Source: Bigelowiella natans CCMP2755 (Eukaryota > Protista > Cercozoa). Taken from it: a DNA stretch of 48,348 nucleotides. This document shows positions 48,114 to 48,348 of this stretch, one piece after another. Position numbers and translations under genes: made by a program. The stretch is taken from NCBI GenBank assembly GCA_000320545.1, contig ADNK01002202.1, forward strand, positions 1-48,348, written 5' to 3'. The notes beneath the pieces are model-generated. The model did no database searches, was not told where the DNA came from, and worked only from the letters and a program-made list of their open reading frames with translations. Each line of letters starts with the position of its first letter. Within the stretch, counting starts at the first letter, position 1.

Positions 48114-48348
48114 TTACTAGTACTGCTACTGGGACTAATTACCTGATAATTTGGTCAGTATCTTCAAACTTTCTGAGCCGTGTGCCTGGCTCAAACATCC
48201 ACATATTGCTCTGCGTAGCATGACACGCAGCAGTTGGAGAAGGGTGGGAGGACTTTCATCCAGGACAAACGATGCATTGGCTCGCAAAAAGCAGCAACGA
48301 ATGGACGAAATGAAAATCAGGCGCAAACACACATACACACACACACAC
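45611..48348 (-). CDS. 3' part of an unidentified multi-exon gene
   Basis: Short minus-strand coding-like segments between microsatellite introns, e.g. NASFVLDESPPTLLQLLRVMLRRAICGCLS and KHKSSDLLSIYKRYFYKIRRVQYQRRK. Basic terminal exon ...KRSSTTARSKSSRTSPSLKSRQRRRD* (stop 45611-45613). No family recognised. Confidence 0.5.

Overview
Eukaryotic protist/algal nuclear DNA with spliceosomal introns and many microsatellites. ALAS plus a bacterial-type NhaA would fit a chlorarachniophyte-like alga, but that is an inference. Host genes: NBAS/Sec39/MIP2 homologue (-, runs off the window), 5-aminolevulinate synthase (-), NhaA antiporter (+), plant-type Shaker K+ channel with CNBD and ankyrin repeats (-), REJ/GPS-7TM receptor (+), TLDc-domain protein (-), NSRP1/CCDC55 (-) and the 3' part of an unidentified gene (-). 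A very young, complete Ty3/gypsy-type LTR retrotransposon (14198-19913; identical 326-bp LTRs; CGCA TSD) is nested in a non-autonomous Mutator-like TIR element (13739-20406; 45-bp TIRs; 9-bp TSD). The strongest signal is compositional. In several intergenic islands the dinucleotide TpA is almost entirely absent except inside CTAG, while ApT and CpG persist. The two TIR copies carry CA versus TG at the same site, as expected if an ancestral TA mutated independently on each strand. This looks like a reverse-RIP-like TpA->CpA/TpG (A-to-G) hypermutation process. The nested retrotransposon is not eroded, and at the end of its integrase it carries what looks like a degenerate Dam-like N6-adenine methyltransferase domain. 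All counts and alignments were done by eye.
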